Assembly: GCA_963803975.1 (NCBI GenBank)
Contig: CAWDOY010000047.1
Location: 1-64,000 of the forward strand
Source of the DNA: an uncultured delta proteobacterium
Lineage (GTDB): Bacteria; Desulfobacterota; WTBG01; CAIYCZ01
DNA length: 64,000 nt
Reading direction: 5' to 3'
The notes under the pieces are model-generated. The model was not told the DNA's origin and made no database searches. It saw only the letters and a program-made list of their open reading frames with translations. Numbering within the stretch: position 1 is the first letter of the stretch; the number at the start of each line of letters is the position of its first letter. The position numbers were made by a program, and so were the translations under genes. Below are positions 44,572-53,148 of this stretch, one piece after another.

Positions 44572-45855
44572 TTATTCCTTTTGCAGGCTGTTCTTGATTG
44601 CCATAATCAGCTCACTGACTTCCCGCACATTCTTTGTCGCCGCGCCCGCCAGCGTCACGCTGCAACCGCCTCCGATTATTTCAACTTTTACCCACACCCG
44701 CTGATGCGAACAGAAAAAACAGATGCTGAACCCGGCGACCATAAGTATAAAGCTGTACCAGATGAGATCTTTTCCCGGGTCATATATTGCCTTCAGCGTG
44801 GTTGACTCCTTCTGGGTAATCTCCATCAGGCTGAACCAGTACCCCTGCAGCGGCGCCTGGCGGAACTGCACCGGGCTCTGTGCCACCCCAAGCGTTTCCG
44901 GCAGAGTCAGAGTTTTCAGCTGCACGCCGTCCGGGCGCAGGCGTGTCACCCTGATGCGCACGCCCGCGGTACCTGCTGCGAAACTGTCCCCGAGTTTCAG
45001 CTCGTGCGTGCTCTGCTGGTTATCGGGAGCAATGATTTTTATTTTAGCATAGGGAATGGTCTTACTGAAGCGGTCCTGGTAAATATCGATTCCATTATAA
45101 TGCAGAGGCGTGGCAAAGTCCACCTCCTGTGTTGCAACGGTCGCCCCGTTTTTGATGATGGAAAGCGTGCTCTGATGTTTTTTAAGCTTTGATGATTCAC
45201 CGTAGGAAATGGTCTTAAGGTCGTTGCAGAGCAGGGAAAAATCAAGGGCCTTCTCCTGCCTTCCGGTATCTCTGACCACCAGGGGATCAAGGAGCTGGTT
45301 TTTGGTGACTTCAAATGAGTATTGGAAGCCGGTGGCGGAAAGCATCGTGCCCAGGGCGAGAAAGAGCAGACAGAGGTGCGCGAGATAAAACCCTGCGTGG
45401 CTGTACCGCCCTTTTTCTGTAAACAGGTGCAGGCGGTCGCCGTCTTCCCGTATGATCCCGGTCTTCTTGAAGTAACCGGCTACCATGGCGAGCAGGGTCT
45501 GCCGGGCTGCCTGGTAATCAGAGACTGCTACGGTTTCGCAGATGGGCAGTGAAGTCCTGAGAGTTTCGTCAAGCTCTTTTGAAGAACTTTTAAGCACCGC
45601 GATGGTGCGCGGCAGCCGCTTCAGGGTGCACCCGATAAGGTTTATGCAGAACAGGGCAAATAGAACAAAAAAGCCCCGGGAGTGATAAAAATCAAACTTT
45701 CCTGCAGCAGAAAGCCATTGCCACGAGGGGAAGTAGAACACGAGCTTATCCTGCGCTATCTGCAGGATAAAAATAAGGGTAGCGACAGATAATAAAATTA
45801 TAGTGAGATTTATCGAAGCCAGAAAAGAGGCAATAGCGCCGAAGATTTTTTTCAT
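44572..45855 (-). CDS. resB: Cytochrome c biogenesis system II protein ResB/CcsB
   Basis: FLASINLTIILL, FYHS..F...INLIGCTLKR, GFYLAH, PLHYNGIDIYQ, DPG...SHQRVW. Confidence 0.85.
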   Translation of the reverse strand: MKKIFGAIASFLASINLTIILLSVATLIFILQIAQDKLVFYFPSWQWLSAAGKFDFYHSRGFFVLFALFCINLIGCTLKRLPRTIAVLKSSSKELDETLRTSLPICETVAVSDYQAARQTLLAMVAGYFKKTGIIREDGDRLHLFTEKGRYSHAGFYLAHLCLLFLALGTMLSATGFQYSFEVTKNQLLDPLVVRDTGRQEKALDFSLLCNDLKTISYGESSKLKKHQSTLSIIKNGATVATQEVDFATPLHYNGIDIYQDRFSKTIPYAKIKIIAPDNQQSTHELKLGDSFAAGTAGVRIRVTRLRPDGVQLKTLTLPETLGVAQSPVQFRQAPLQGYWFSLMEITQKESTTLKAIYDPGKDLIWYSFILMVAGFSICFFCSHQRVWVKVEIIGGGCSVTLAGAATKNVREVSELIMAIKNSLQKE

Positions 45856-46064
45856 GCAGATATGTGCCCTCTTTTTTTAAAATGAAGTCAGTTTAATAAT
45901 GTTAAAATTTCCGGAAATAAGCAAGAAAAAAGGGCTGGCGACTGCTTGAACGCCTGTTTTGTTTTGTCATAAAGATAATTTATATAAACCGGCAAATGTG
46001 ATATGATGAAAACATTTAAAACAAACGTTTTTCAGTCGCGCAAAACTGTCCGTAAAACCGACCT

Positions 46065-46376
46065 ATGACTATACCGGCATTTCTTCAGCCTTTTTTCTGG
46101 GAATATACTCACCAAAACATTGATACCGCAAGACATGCTTCTACCATAATGGCGCGTATCATGGAACGGGGATCATGGGAAGCCATGGTATGGCTTAAAA
46201 AAACATACTCCCCGGAACAGATAAAAAATTTTCTCATACATAAAGGGACAGACAACCTTCCCCCTCGCGAGCTGAATTACTGGCTGCTTATATCTGAGGT
46301 GCCTTCTGCGGAGCGGAGAAAACTTGTTGAAAGTGCTAAAGCCAAACATGTGTTATGGAGGGGTCATGCATCTTGA
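46065..46376 (+). CDS. DUF6922-like protein (putative antitoxin partner)
   Basis: LQPFFWEY...IMARIMERG...WLKKTY...ELNYW; overlaps the nucleotidyltransferase start. Confidence 0.7.
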   Translation: MTIPAFLQPFFWEYTHQNIDTARHASTIMARIMERGSWEAMVWLKKTYSPEQIKNFLIHKGTDNLPPRELNYWLLISEVPSAERRKLVESAKAKHVLWRGHAS

Positions 46377-46989
46377 AGTATTAACCGATACCCAGCAAAA
46401 GGTTCTGTACCGCCTTGTCAGTGTGTTAAAAAACACTGATTTCTACCTTGCCGGGGGAACGGCTCTCGCGTTGCAGATAGGGCACCGGATGTCTCAGGAT
46501 TTCGATTGGTTTATCCCTCACCTCGGTGAAGTTGAATCGTTGCTCAGGATGTTCCAGGCTGCCGGCATTGAATGCATGGTTACTTCCACGGACAGAGAAA
46601 CCTGTTATGTATCAGTAGACAATGTTCAGGTAAGCTTTTTGGGCTATGACTATCCCCTGCTGCAAAAAAAAGTTTTATACGCTGATTACGGTATGTATCT
46701 GGCTGGTCTTGATGATATTGCCGCCATGAAACTTGCGGCAGTAGCGTCTCGTGGCTCTCGAAAGGATTTTGTCGATTTATATTTTCTCTTTAAACTCCAC
46801 CGGCCGCTTAAAGACTGTTTAAGTCTGTATAAAGAAAAGTATCGGATACGGGATATTGGGTATGTGATGAGAAGCCTTGTCTATTTTGAAAATGCCGAGG
46901 CAGAGCCCGAGATGCAGATGATTGCATCGTTGTCATGGGCTGCACTTAAATCCGATATGGAACAGTGGGTAAAAGAAATAGCGTTATAG
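46366..46989 (+). CDS. AbiEii/AbiGii-family nucleotidyltransferase toxin
   Basis: FYLAGGTALALQIGHRMSQDFDWF, DIAAMKLAAVASRGSRKDFVDLY, SLVYFENAE. Confidence 0.88.
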   Translation: MHLEVLTDTQQKVLYRLVSVLKNTDFYLAGGTALALQIGHRMSQDFDWFIPHLGEVESLLRMFQAAGIECMVTSTDRETCYVSVDNVQVSFLGYDYPLLQKKVLYADYGMYLAGLDDIAAMKLAAVASRGSRKDFVDLYFLFKLHRPLKDCLSLYKEKYRIRDIGYVMRSLVYFENAEAEPEMQMIASLSWAALKSDMEQWVKEIAL

Positions 46990-47644
46990 CTGCCCGGTCT
47001 CATCGGGTTGAGGCGCTGCAGCTTCTTCTTCAGCCGGCCGTTTGGCAACCGCAACCATGGCAGCCCGCAGCAGCCGGTCGTGCAGGTTGTAGCCCTTCTG
47101 AAATTCAGCCATTACCGTGTTCTCCTCATGCTCGGCACTCTCCTGGTGCGTCATGGCCTCGTGCTTGTTTGGGTCGAACACCTGGCCTACTGAAGAAAAC
47201 TCCTTGACGCCGAACTTTTCAAGAGCCGTGACAAACTGCTTGAGGATCATTGCTATCCCTTCCTGCAGCGCCTTCTGGTCCGGAGAATTTTTTGCCTGCT
47301 CAAGGGCCCGCTCGAAATTATCTATGACCGGAAGCAGTTCACGGAACAGTTTTTCGTGGCCATAGCGGATGAGATCATCCTTATCTTTTGCCACGCGCTT
47401 CTTGTAATTATCAAAATCAGCCATGGTGCGCAGCAGCTGGTCATAGAGCTCCTGCCGCTCTTTTTCTTTCTGTTCAAGCTGGATGGAGAGTTCCTCTGCG
47501 GACGGGGAATCCCCTTTTCCATCTGCGGCGGCCGCGGCAACAGCTTCACAGCTCTTTTCATCTGCAGTGATTTCAACCTTATGAGAATGTTTAGTATCAT
47601 GCTCATCACCTTTATGGTGAGTGAGTTGCTTTCTTGTGCATCAT
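46984..47644 (-). CDS. grpE: Nucleotide exchange factor GrpE (frameshift in the first codons)
   Basis: ADFDNYKKR, LLPVIDNFERAL, FDPNKHEAM, QKGYNLHDRLLRAAMVAV. The ATG at 47644 has an AGGAGG RBS but is out of frame with the body. Confidence 0.93.
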
Positions 47645-47657
47645 GCGTTTTCCTCCT

Positions 47658-48710
47658 TCACTTCCAGTCAAGCATTTTGCTTACCATCTGTGCGGTGTAA
47701 TCCACAATAGGGATAATTTTCTCGTAATCCATCCTGGTGGGCCCGATCACTCCCAGAGCGCCCAGGGTATGGTTTTCCTTTGAGTAGGTTGAGGTAATCA
47801 GGCTGCAGCTCTCCATGTCCTGCAGCTCATTTTCAGAGCCGATGAAGATCTGCACCCCCTGCGCTGCCATTGCTTTATTCAACAGTTTTAACAGCCGCTC
47901 CTTCTCTTCAATTGCCTGAATGATGCGCTTCATTTTCTTCACTTCGGCAAACTCCGGATACTCAAGAAGGTTCAGCGTGCCGTCAACGTAGATTTCAGTC
48001 GCTTCATCAGTCTCAAGGGCTTTCTTGCTTAATGCCAGAGCTTTTGCACACAGCAGGTCATAGCTGTTCTTTTCCTTCTGCATCTCCTCGATAAGTTTCT
48101 TCCGTGCCTCCTGCAGGGTGAGACCTTTCAAAAGCTCATTTAAATAGCGGGCATACGTATCAAGGTCTGCCTGCGCTATATCTTCTTCCACCTCGACGAT
48201 CTTATTCTGCACGACGCCGTTCTCAGAGACAAAAATGACCAGTATCCGATTCCTGCTGACATTGATAAACTCAATAAGCTTGAAGACGGTATAAATGAAT
48301 TTCGGAATTACCACCACGCTGATATTTTTTGAAATGGTAGAAAGTATCTGCGAAGTCTCTTTCAGTAAATCGGTAAGCTCGCCCTCGGTGTAGGTATAGT
48401 GCTGCCGGATCCGCTCCTTCTCGGCCCGGGAGAGGTTGCGCACCTCCAGGATACTGTCCACATAAAATCGCAGCGCCTTTTCCGTGGGCACCCTGCCGGC
48501 AGAAACATGCGGCTGCAGCAGATAGCCCATCTCTTCAAGCTCACCCATCACGTTTCTCAGCGTCGCCGGGCTCAAGTCTATGCCGCCCTTGCGTGCCAGC
48601 GTCTGAGAGCCCACCGGGAATCCGGTATGGATGTACTCATCAATCAGGTCGTGCAGAATCTTCCTGGTGCGGTCGCCGATTTCTGGATGCTGGTCAGCTT
48701 TTCGTTTCAT
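47658..48710 (-). CDS. hrcA: Heat-inducible transcription repressor HrcA
   Basis: PVGS..L, LSPATLRNVM.ELE..GYL.QPHVSAGRVPT, IFIGSEN, GVIGPTRMDY. Confidence 0.96.
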   Translation of the reverse strand: MKRKADQHPEIGDRTRKILHDLIDEYIHTGFPVGSQTLARKGGIDLSPATLRNVMGELEEMGYLLQPHVSAGRVPTEKALRFYVDSILEVRNLSRAEKERIRQHYTYTEGELTDLLKETSQILSTISKNISVVVIPKFIYTVFKLIEFINVSRNRILVIFVSENGVVQNKIVEVEEDIAQADLDTYARYLNELLKGLTLQEARKKLIEEMQKEKNSYDLLCAKALALSKKALETDEATEIYVDGTLNLLEYPEFAEVKKMKRIIQAIEEKERLLKLLNKAMAAQGVQIFIGSENELQDMESCSLITSTYSKENHTLGALGVIGPTRMDYEKIIPIVDYTAQMVSKMLDWK

Positions 48711-48718
48711 AGTTATTA

Positions 48719-48796
48719 AGGTAAAAAGGCAAATAGGTTAACAGGTTAAGAGGTCTTTACTCATTTTTATCTTTTCGCCTTTTGACCTCTTCACCT
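48719..48796. repeat. Inverted pair of 8-mer tandem arrays (hairpin) upstream of hrcA
   Basis: AGGTAAAA AGGCAAAT AGGTTAAC AGGTTAAG AGGT ... TTTTATCT TTTCGCCT TTTGACCT CTTCACCT. Confidence 0.75.
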
Positions 48797-48836
48797 TTTT
48801 TCATTGTAAACAATCACTGCTTCATGTGTCAAGATG

Positions 48837-49883
48837 CTATCGGGCAGCTTTTTTCTTGACCTTTCTTGTGCCGCTGGTTCCCTGCGCGTCATCCAGCATC
48901 ACTGATGGATAGTAGCACATGTGCATGCGGCAGGAGCGGTTATATGTCTCTGTATATAAGCTGCGCGCTTTCTCCCGAAACTTTTTTTTCGTCGGCTGTT
49001 CTTTTATCAGACTGTCCCGCAGGGTGTTAAGAAACGAGATATCTTTCAGCTTCCGCTCCAGGGGATTGCCCCGGCCAACAATTTTTACGCTGGTGATGCC
49101 CATGCGCTCGAACTCATACAGGGCGCACGCGCCGCAGGGATGATCGTCAACGTGGACCGTCTCCCAGATTTTCTGCCGCTGCACGACCGGGGATGTCTGG
49201 CTGACAAGGTGACTGTTGCCGTCAGCATCTATCTCCATTGCCTCAACCTGGAAGGGAAGCATGCAGGCGTTTCTGAACATGGGAAAAACTTCTTTTCGTG
49301 CCAGCCCATGATGAAAGGTGCAGAACCCGTCCACATTGATACAGCGGGAATTAAGGATAAAGAGCGTTGTTTCAATGGGCGGCATGAAGGAGACAATATC
49401 CTCTATCTCCTGAATGGTCAGGTGCCGGGGGAACGTGATCCGCTCTGCGCCGAGCCCTTTATAAAAGGCCGCCGACCGCCAGTTAAAGACCGTTCCGCCA
49501 GTGCTCACATGAATGGGCACCCGGTAGTTTTTTTCCTTGAGATACGCCATGAGCCCGTAATCAGTCACAATGAGAGCATCAGCGCCGGCATCAAGTGCTG
49601 CGTCTATATATTTCACGACCAGCGGCATCTGCTCCTGCGTGTAATAATGCTCATTGACCGTGAAAAAAAGCTTCCTGCCCAGGCCGTGGCTTATGGAGAC
49701 AGCGGTCTTTAAATCCGCGAACCGCCGGAAGTGGCCTTTGCCGGCAGGCCTGCGGTTGATGGAAATGACCGGGTACTTCTCATACCACTCTTCTTCCAGC
49801 AGGCCGCAGTAAAATTCATCAGCTCCTGCTTGAGAGAGCTGTTCCACTTCTTCAATATTGTCTAAGGGGGATAAAATTTTCAT
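48837..49883 (-). CDS. U32 family Fe-S protein (UbiU/TrhP-like)
   Basis: ILSP...GADEFYCG, DALIVTD.G, HVST, RITFPRHL, Cys cluster RCINVDGFC...ACMLP...PCGAC, VKIVGR. Confidence 0.88.
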   Translation of the reverse strand: MKILSPLDNIEEVEQLSQAGADEFYCGLLEEEWYEKYPVISINRRPAGKGHFRRFADLKTAVSISHGLGRKLFFTVNEHYYTQEQMPLVVKYIDAALDAGADALIVTDYGLMAYLKEKNYRVPIHVSTGGTVFNWRSAAFYKGLGAERITFPRHLTIQEIEDIVSFMPPIETTLFILNSRCINVDGFCTFHHGLARKEVFPMFRNACMLPFQVEAMEIDADGNSHLVSQTSPVVQRQKIWETVHVDDHPCGACALYEFERMGITSVKIVGRGNPLERKLKDISFLNTLRDSLIKEQPTKKKFREKARSLYTETYNRSCRMHMCYYPSVMLDDAQGTSGTRKVKKKAAR

Positions 49884-49893
49884 TTCCAAGCAC

Positions 49894-50253
49894 TCAGCCG
49901 TCAGCCTTCAGCTTTTTAATAAAGGCCGTCAGCATGCGTTTCACTTCAACTACCTCATGAGCACTGCCTTCATAATCGACGGCATTCAATAATTTGAGAT
50001 CACGAGCCAGCAATAAATGATACTCCAGCTCACTTGCTGACCCCATTGCAATGTGGAGAAACCGTGCAAATTCTGCCTCACCATTTCTGCCGCAGCCTTC
50101 TGCAATATTAGCTGCGATTGAACTGCATGAACGCCGAATCTGACTTGTCAGACCATATATTTCTTCTCTGGGGAACGTTGCTGTTGTTTTATAGACAGCT
50201 AATGTCAGCTGATGACTTTTTTGCCAAACCTTTAATTCCTTAAAATCTCTCAT
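49894..50253 (-). CDS. Four-helix-bundle protein (23S rRNA intervening-sequence protein family)
   Basis: FKELKVWQKSH, FPREEIYGLTSQIRR...SIAANIAEGCGR, FLHIAMGSASELEYHL. Confidence 0.95.
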   Translation of the reverse strand: MRDFKELKVWQKSHQLTLAVYKTTATFPREEIYGLTSQIRRSCSSIAANIAEGCGRNGEAEFARFLHIAMGSASELEYHLLLARDLKLLNAVDYEGSAHEVVEVKRMLTAFIKKLKADG

Positions 50254-50291
50254 ATAGCTTATTGTGCTGATAGCTGAATGCTGAAAGCTTT

Positions 50292-51096
50292 TTACAACGG
50301 TATCTCCGGCTGTACCACGATCCGGTCTATCTGCCGACTGGTAACAACTTCAGGTATGGCGTCATTCATAAAAAAGATACTGTTGCCTTTCCGCACCAGC
50401 GGCAGCGTCATGACCGGATTGAAAAGAGTAAAGGTGTATTTCCGGCACTCTTTGCTGCAGGGAAAAACACCCACATATTCTTTCTGCTGACTCGTCTTCG
50501 CAGTTGGCAGTCAGGCAGAACCGGCTGGTCGATATGCAGGCAAAGGGCAGGTAGAGCGATTTATGGATATCAGCGCCGGTATCATCCAGGTTTATGCCCT
50601 GCAGCAGGTTATCAAGCTCAATCCTGAAGATATTATTTCCCGTTAAAAAACTTCTGATCTCAGGCACTGTGAGGCTCGTGGTCCGGCAGTACCTGCTGGT
50701 CTCCGCGGGCACCTGGTCAATGATGTTCATGATGCGCGGGCCCCGCTTCAGTTTCGTGAGCAGCCTTCCCAGCACCGGAGTGACCGGGAGCCGCGCCTCT
50801 TGTAAAAAATGGAACACACCCCAGTCATTGAACACGACCTCAGCCTGCGGGACTTCCCGCGCAACCGCCGGCAGTAGCGCCTCAAGCTGTTTCAGCCCCT
50901 TGTTGGTTACATAGGGCGTAACAAAGGTGAAGTCCATGTTCCCTTTTTTAACAACAGAGAGAACTTTCTTCAGCTGCTGCATTGTGGGCAGCAGCCGCTC
51001 ACAGAACTCAATGCCGAAATAAAGGCGCGTAAAATTATCGTCGCAGTATTTCAGCTGTTCAACTTTAGATATAAAAACTGCCTGTTCCATAGACAT
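50292..51096 (-). CDS. U32-related partner protein (UbiV-like), one frameshift near 50480
   Basis: RLYFGIEFCERLLP, TPYV, EVVFNDWG, GRLL.K, RIELDN, SRFC, then PCSKECRKY...KGNSIF in the shifted frame. Confidence 0.7.
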
Positions 51097-51102
51097 TTAT
51101 CA

Positions 51103-51194
51103 AAGGATTCAAGGGTCCGAGGGTCCCAGGGGTCGAGGGACCATAATAAAATTTTTTATCTCTGTGCCTTTGTGCCTTCTGCCTCTGTGCCTTT
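51103..51194. repeat. Two 8-mer tandem arrays at the lipA 3' junction
   Basis: AAGGATTC AAGGGTCC GAGGGTCC CAGGGGTC GAGGGACC, and TCTCTGTG CCTTTGTG CCTTCTG CCTCTGTG CCTT, the latter inside the lipA C-terminus. Confidence 0.7.
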
Positions 51195-52058
51195 CTGCTT
51201 CGACACAAATTTCAGCGCTTCTTCCGCGTGAAACGAGCTTCTGACAAACGGGCTTGAGGCAACGTAGCGAAAACCCTTCTCTTCGCCAAGCTGCCGGTAT
51301 TCTTCAAACACTTCAGGCCGGATAAACTCCCTGACCTCAATCTGCGCCGGGCTTGGCCGTAAATACTGGCCGATGGTCAGAAAATCACAGTTGACCTCGC
51401 GCAGATCCTGCATCACCTGCAGTATCTCCTCCCGCGTCTCGCCAAGCCCCACCATGATGCCTGATTTGGTGAATCGCCCAGGGCCAAGCTCCTTTGCATA
51501 TTTGAGGATCGTGAGTGAGCGCTTATAATCTGCCTGCTGGCGGCAGGTTGCATAGAGCCGCGGCACGGTCTCAAGGTTGTGGGCAAGGATATCGGGACGC
51601 GCTTCCATGACCACCGCAAGGCTATCGCGCGAACCCTGGAAGTCCGGAATTAAAACATCGGTTGAAGCCTCCGGCAGCAGCCGGTTTATCTGCCGCACGG
51701 TCTCGGCAAACTGAAATGCTCCGCCGTCAGGCAGGTCATCGCGTGTTACCGAGGTGATAACCACATGCCTGAGCCCTAAGTCTTGCGCTGCCTGGGCTAC
51801 ATGCAGCGGCTCAATCGAATCTGGAGGCAGTGGCTTGCCGCCATCAACGCCGCAGAACGAGCAGTTGCGCGTGCAGATAGTGCCGAGAATCATAAACGTC
51901 GCGGTCCCGGCCGTGAAGCAGGTCCCCATGTTCGGGCACACGGCGCTCTCGCACACGGTGTGCAGATGATATTGATCAAGCAGACCCTTCATCCGGTTGA
52001 GTATTGATTCATCAACACCTTTTACCCGTATCCACTCGGGCTTTTTTGTTATGACCAC
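51156..52058 (-). CDS. lipA: Lipoyl synthase
   Basis: KPEWIR, LHTVCESAVCPNMGTC, CTRNCSFC, TSVTRDDL, HNLETV, TIGQYL, VRSSFHA. Confidence 0.97.
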   Translation of the reverse strand: MVITKKPEWIRVKGVDESILNRMKGLLDQYHLHTVCESAVCPNMGTCFTAGTATFMILGTICTRNCSFCGVDGGKPLPPDSIEPLHVAQAAQDLGLRHVVITSVTRDDLPDGGAFQFAETVRQINRLLPEASTDVLIPDFQGSRDSLAVVMEARPDILAHNLETVPRLYATCRQQADYKRSLTILKYAKELGPGRFTKSGIMVGLGETREEILQVMQDLREVNCDFLTIGQYLRPSPAQIEVREFIRPEVFEEYRQLGEEKGFRYVASSPFVRSSFHAEEALKFVSKQKGTEAEGTKAQR

Positions 52059-52073
52059 AACTCAAGCCTCCAT

Positions 52074-52171
52074 AGAGTTGCGGAGTTGCGGGAGTTTAGA
52101 AGTTATGATGTTAAATAAATTTCAACTCCTCAACTCCTCAACTCCGTAACTCTCAATCTAACTCCTTAACT
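52074..52171. repeat. Inverted pair of ~8-mer tandem arrays (hairpin) between lipB and lipA
   Basis: GAGTTGCG GAGTTGCGG GAGTTTAG AAGTT ... AACTCCTC AACTCCTC AACTCCGT AACTC ... AACTCCTT AACT. Confidence 0.8.
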
Positions 52172-52182
52172 GTATATATACT

Positions 52183-52884
52183 TTATGCTCTCAACTTTGC
52201 GACAAAACGTTCAACATCACTAATTTTGTGCGGCGCACGGTCAAATATCTCTGCATAATGAGCAATAAGCCGGCTGTTGAGCTCAATGCGGTCTACCGTC
52301 CCCCCCAGCAATGCAACCATTGAAGTTACACCCTTATCAGTTATACCACAGGGAACTATCATCGTGAAATGACTCATGTTCGGATTCACATTCAGGGCAA
52401 AGCCATGCATGGTAATCCAGCCGTTTTTAACCGCTATCCCGATGGCGGCAATTTTTTTATTGCCGGTCCATACGCCCGGATGCTTTGGATCTCTGCCTGC
52501 CTCTATGCCATAGTCCCCGAGCGTGTCAATCAGCAACTGCTCCACATTGCGAATGTAGCGATGCAGGTCTCGCCCCTGCTCTTTAAGATCCATGATGCTG
52601 TAGCCAACCACCTGGCCCGGCCCGTGGTAGGTCACATCCCCGCCACGGTCAGTGCGGCACACTTCAATTCCTTCCTGAGCAAGTATTTCAGTGGGAACAA
52701 GTATGTTGTTACGGGTTTCTGTGCGGGGGGCAGTAAAGACGGGATCGTGTTCCAGCAGAATGAGGGTGTCTTCTATTTCATTTTTTAAGCGGGCACTAAC
52801 CAGTTTCCGCTGGAGTTCGAACGCATCGTTGTAGCTGATTCTCTCGACTTCCAGAACAAGACATTTTTTCTTTTCTCCAGTCAT
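52183..52884 (-). CDS. lipB: Lipoyl(octanoyl) transferase
   Basis: LLEHDPVFT, DRGGDVTYHGPGQ, KKIAAIG, HGFALN, IVPCGI. Confidence 0.96.
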   Translation of the reverse strand: MTGEKKKCLVLEVERISYNDAFELQRKLVSARLKNEIEDTLILLEHDPVFTAPRTETRNNILVPTEILAQEGIEVCRTDRGGDVTYHGPGQVVGYSIMDLKEQGRDLHRYIRNVEQLLIDTLGDYGIEAGRDPKHPGVWTGNKKIAAIGIAVKNGWITMHGFALNVNPNMSHFTMIVPCGITDKGVTSMVALLGGTVDRIELNSRLIAHYAEIFDRAPHKISDVERFVAKLRA

Positions 52885-53148
52885 CGGCAAACAGATTCCG
52901 GTTCCTTTCTGCAAAATTGTATTTTTTTATATGTATCACAAAATTGTCTGTTTTAACAGGAGAAAGTATCCATATTGCAAGGGGAGGAAGAAGCAACCGT
53001 AAACAATTTTTCCCAGGCAATGGTTGCAGAGCAGTCTGCTGTACTCCATACCATGGGCAAAAGAGCCGGCAGACCGGGGAACTCTTGACAGGCAGCCGTG
53101 TTACTGATATATTTTTAACGTTTTATTATTAGTGGGATATTTCATAAC

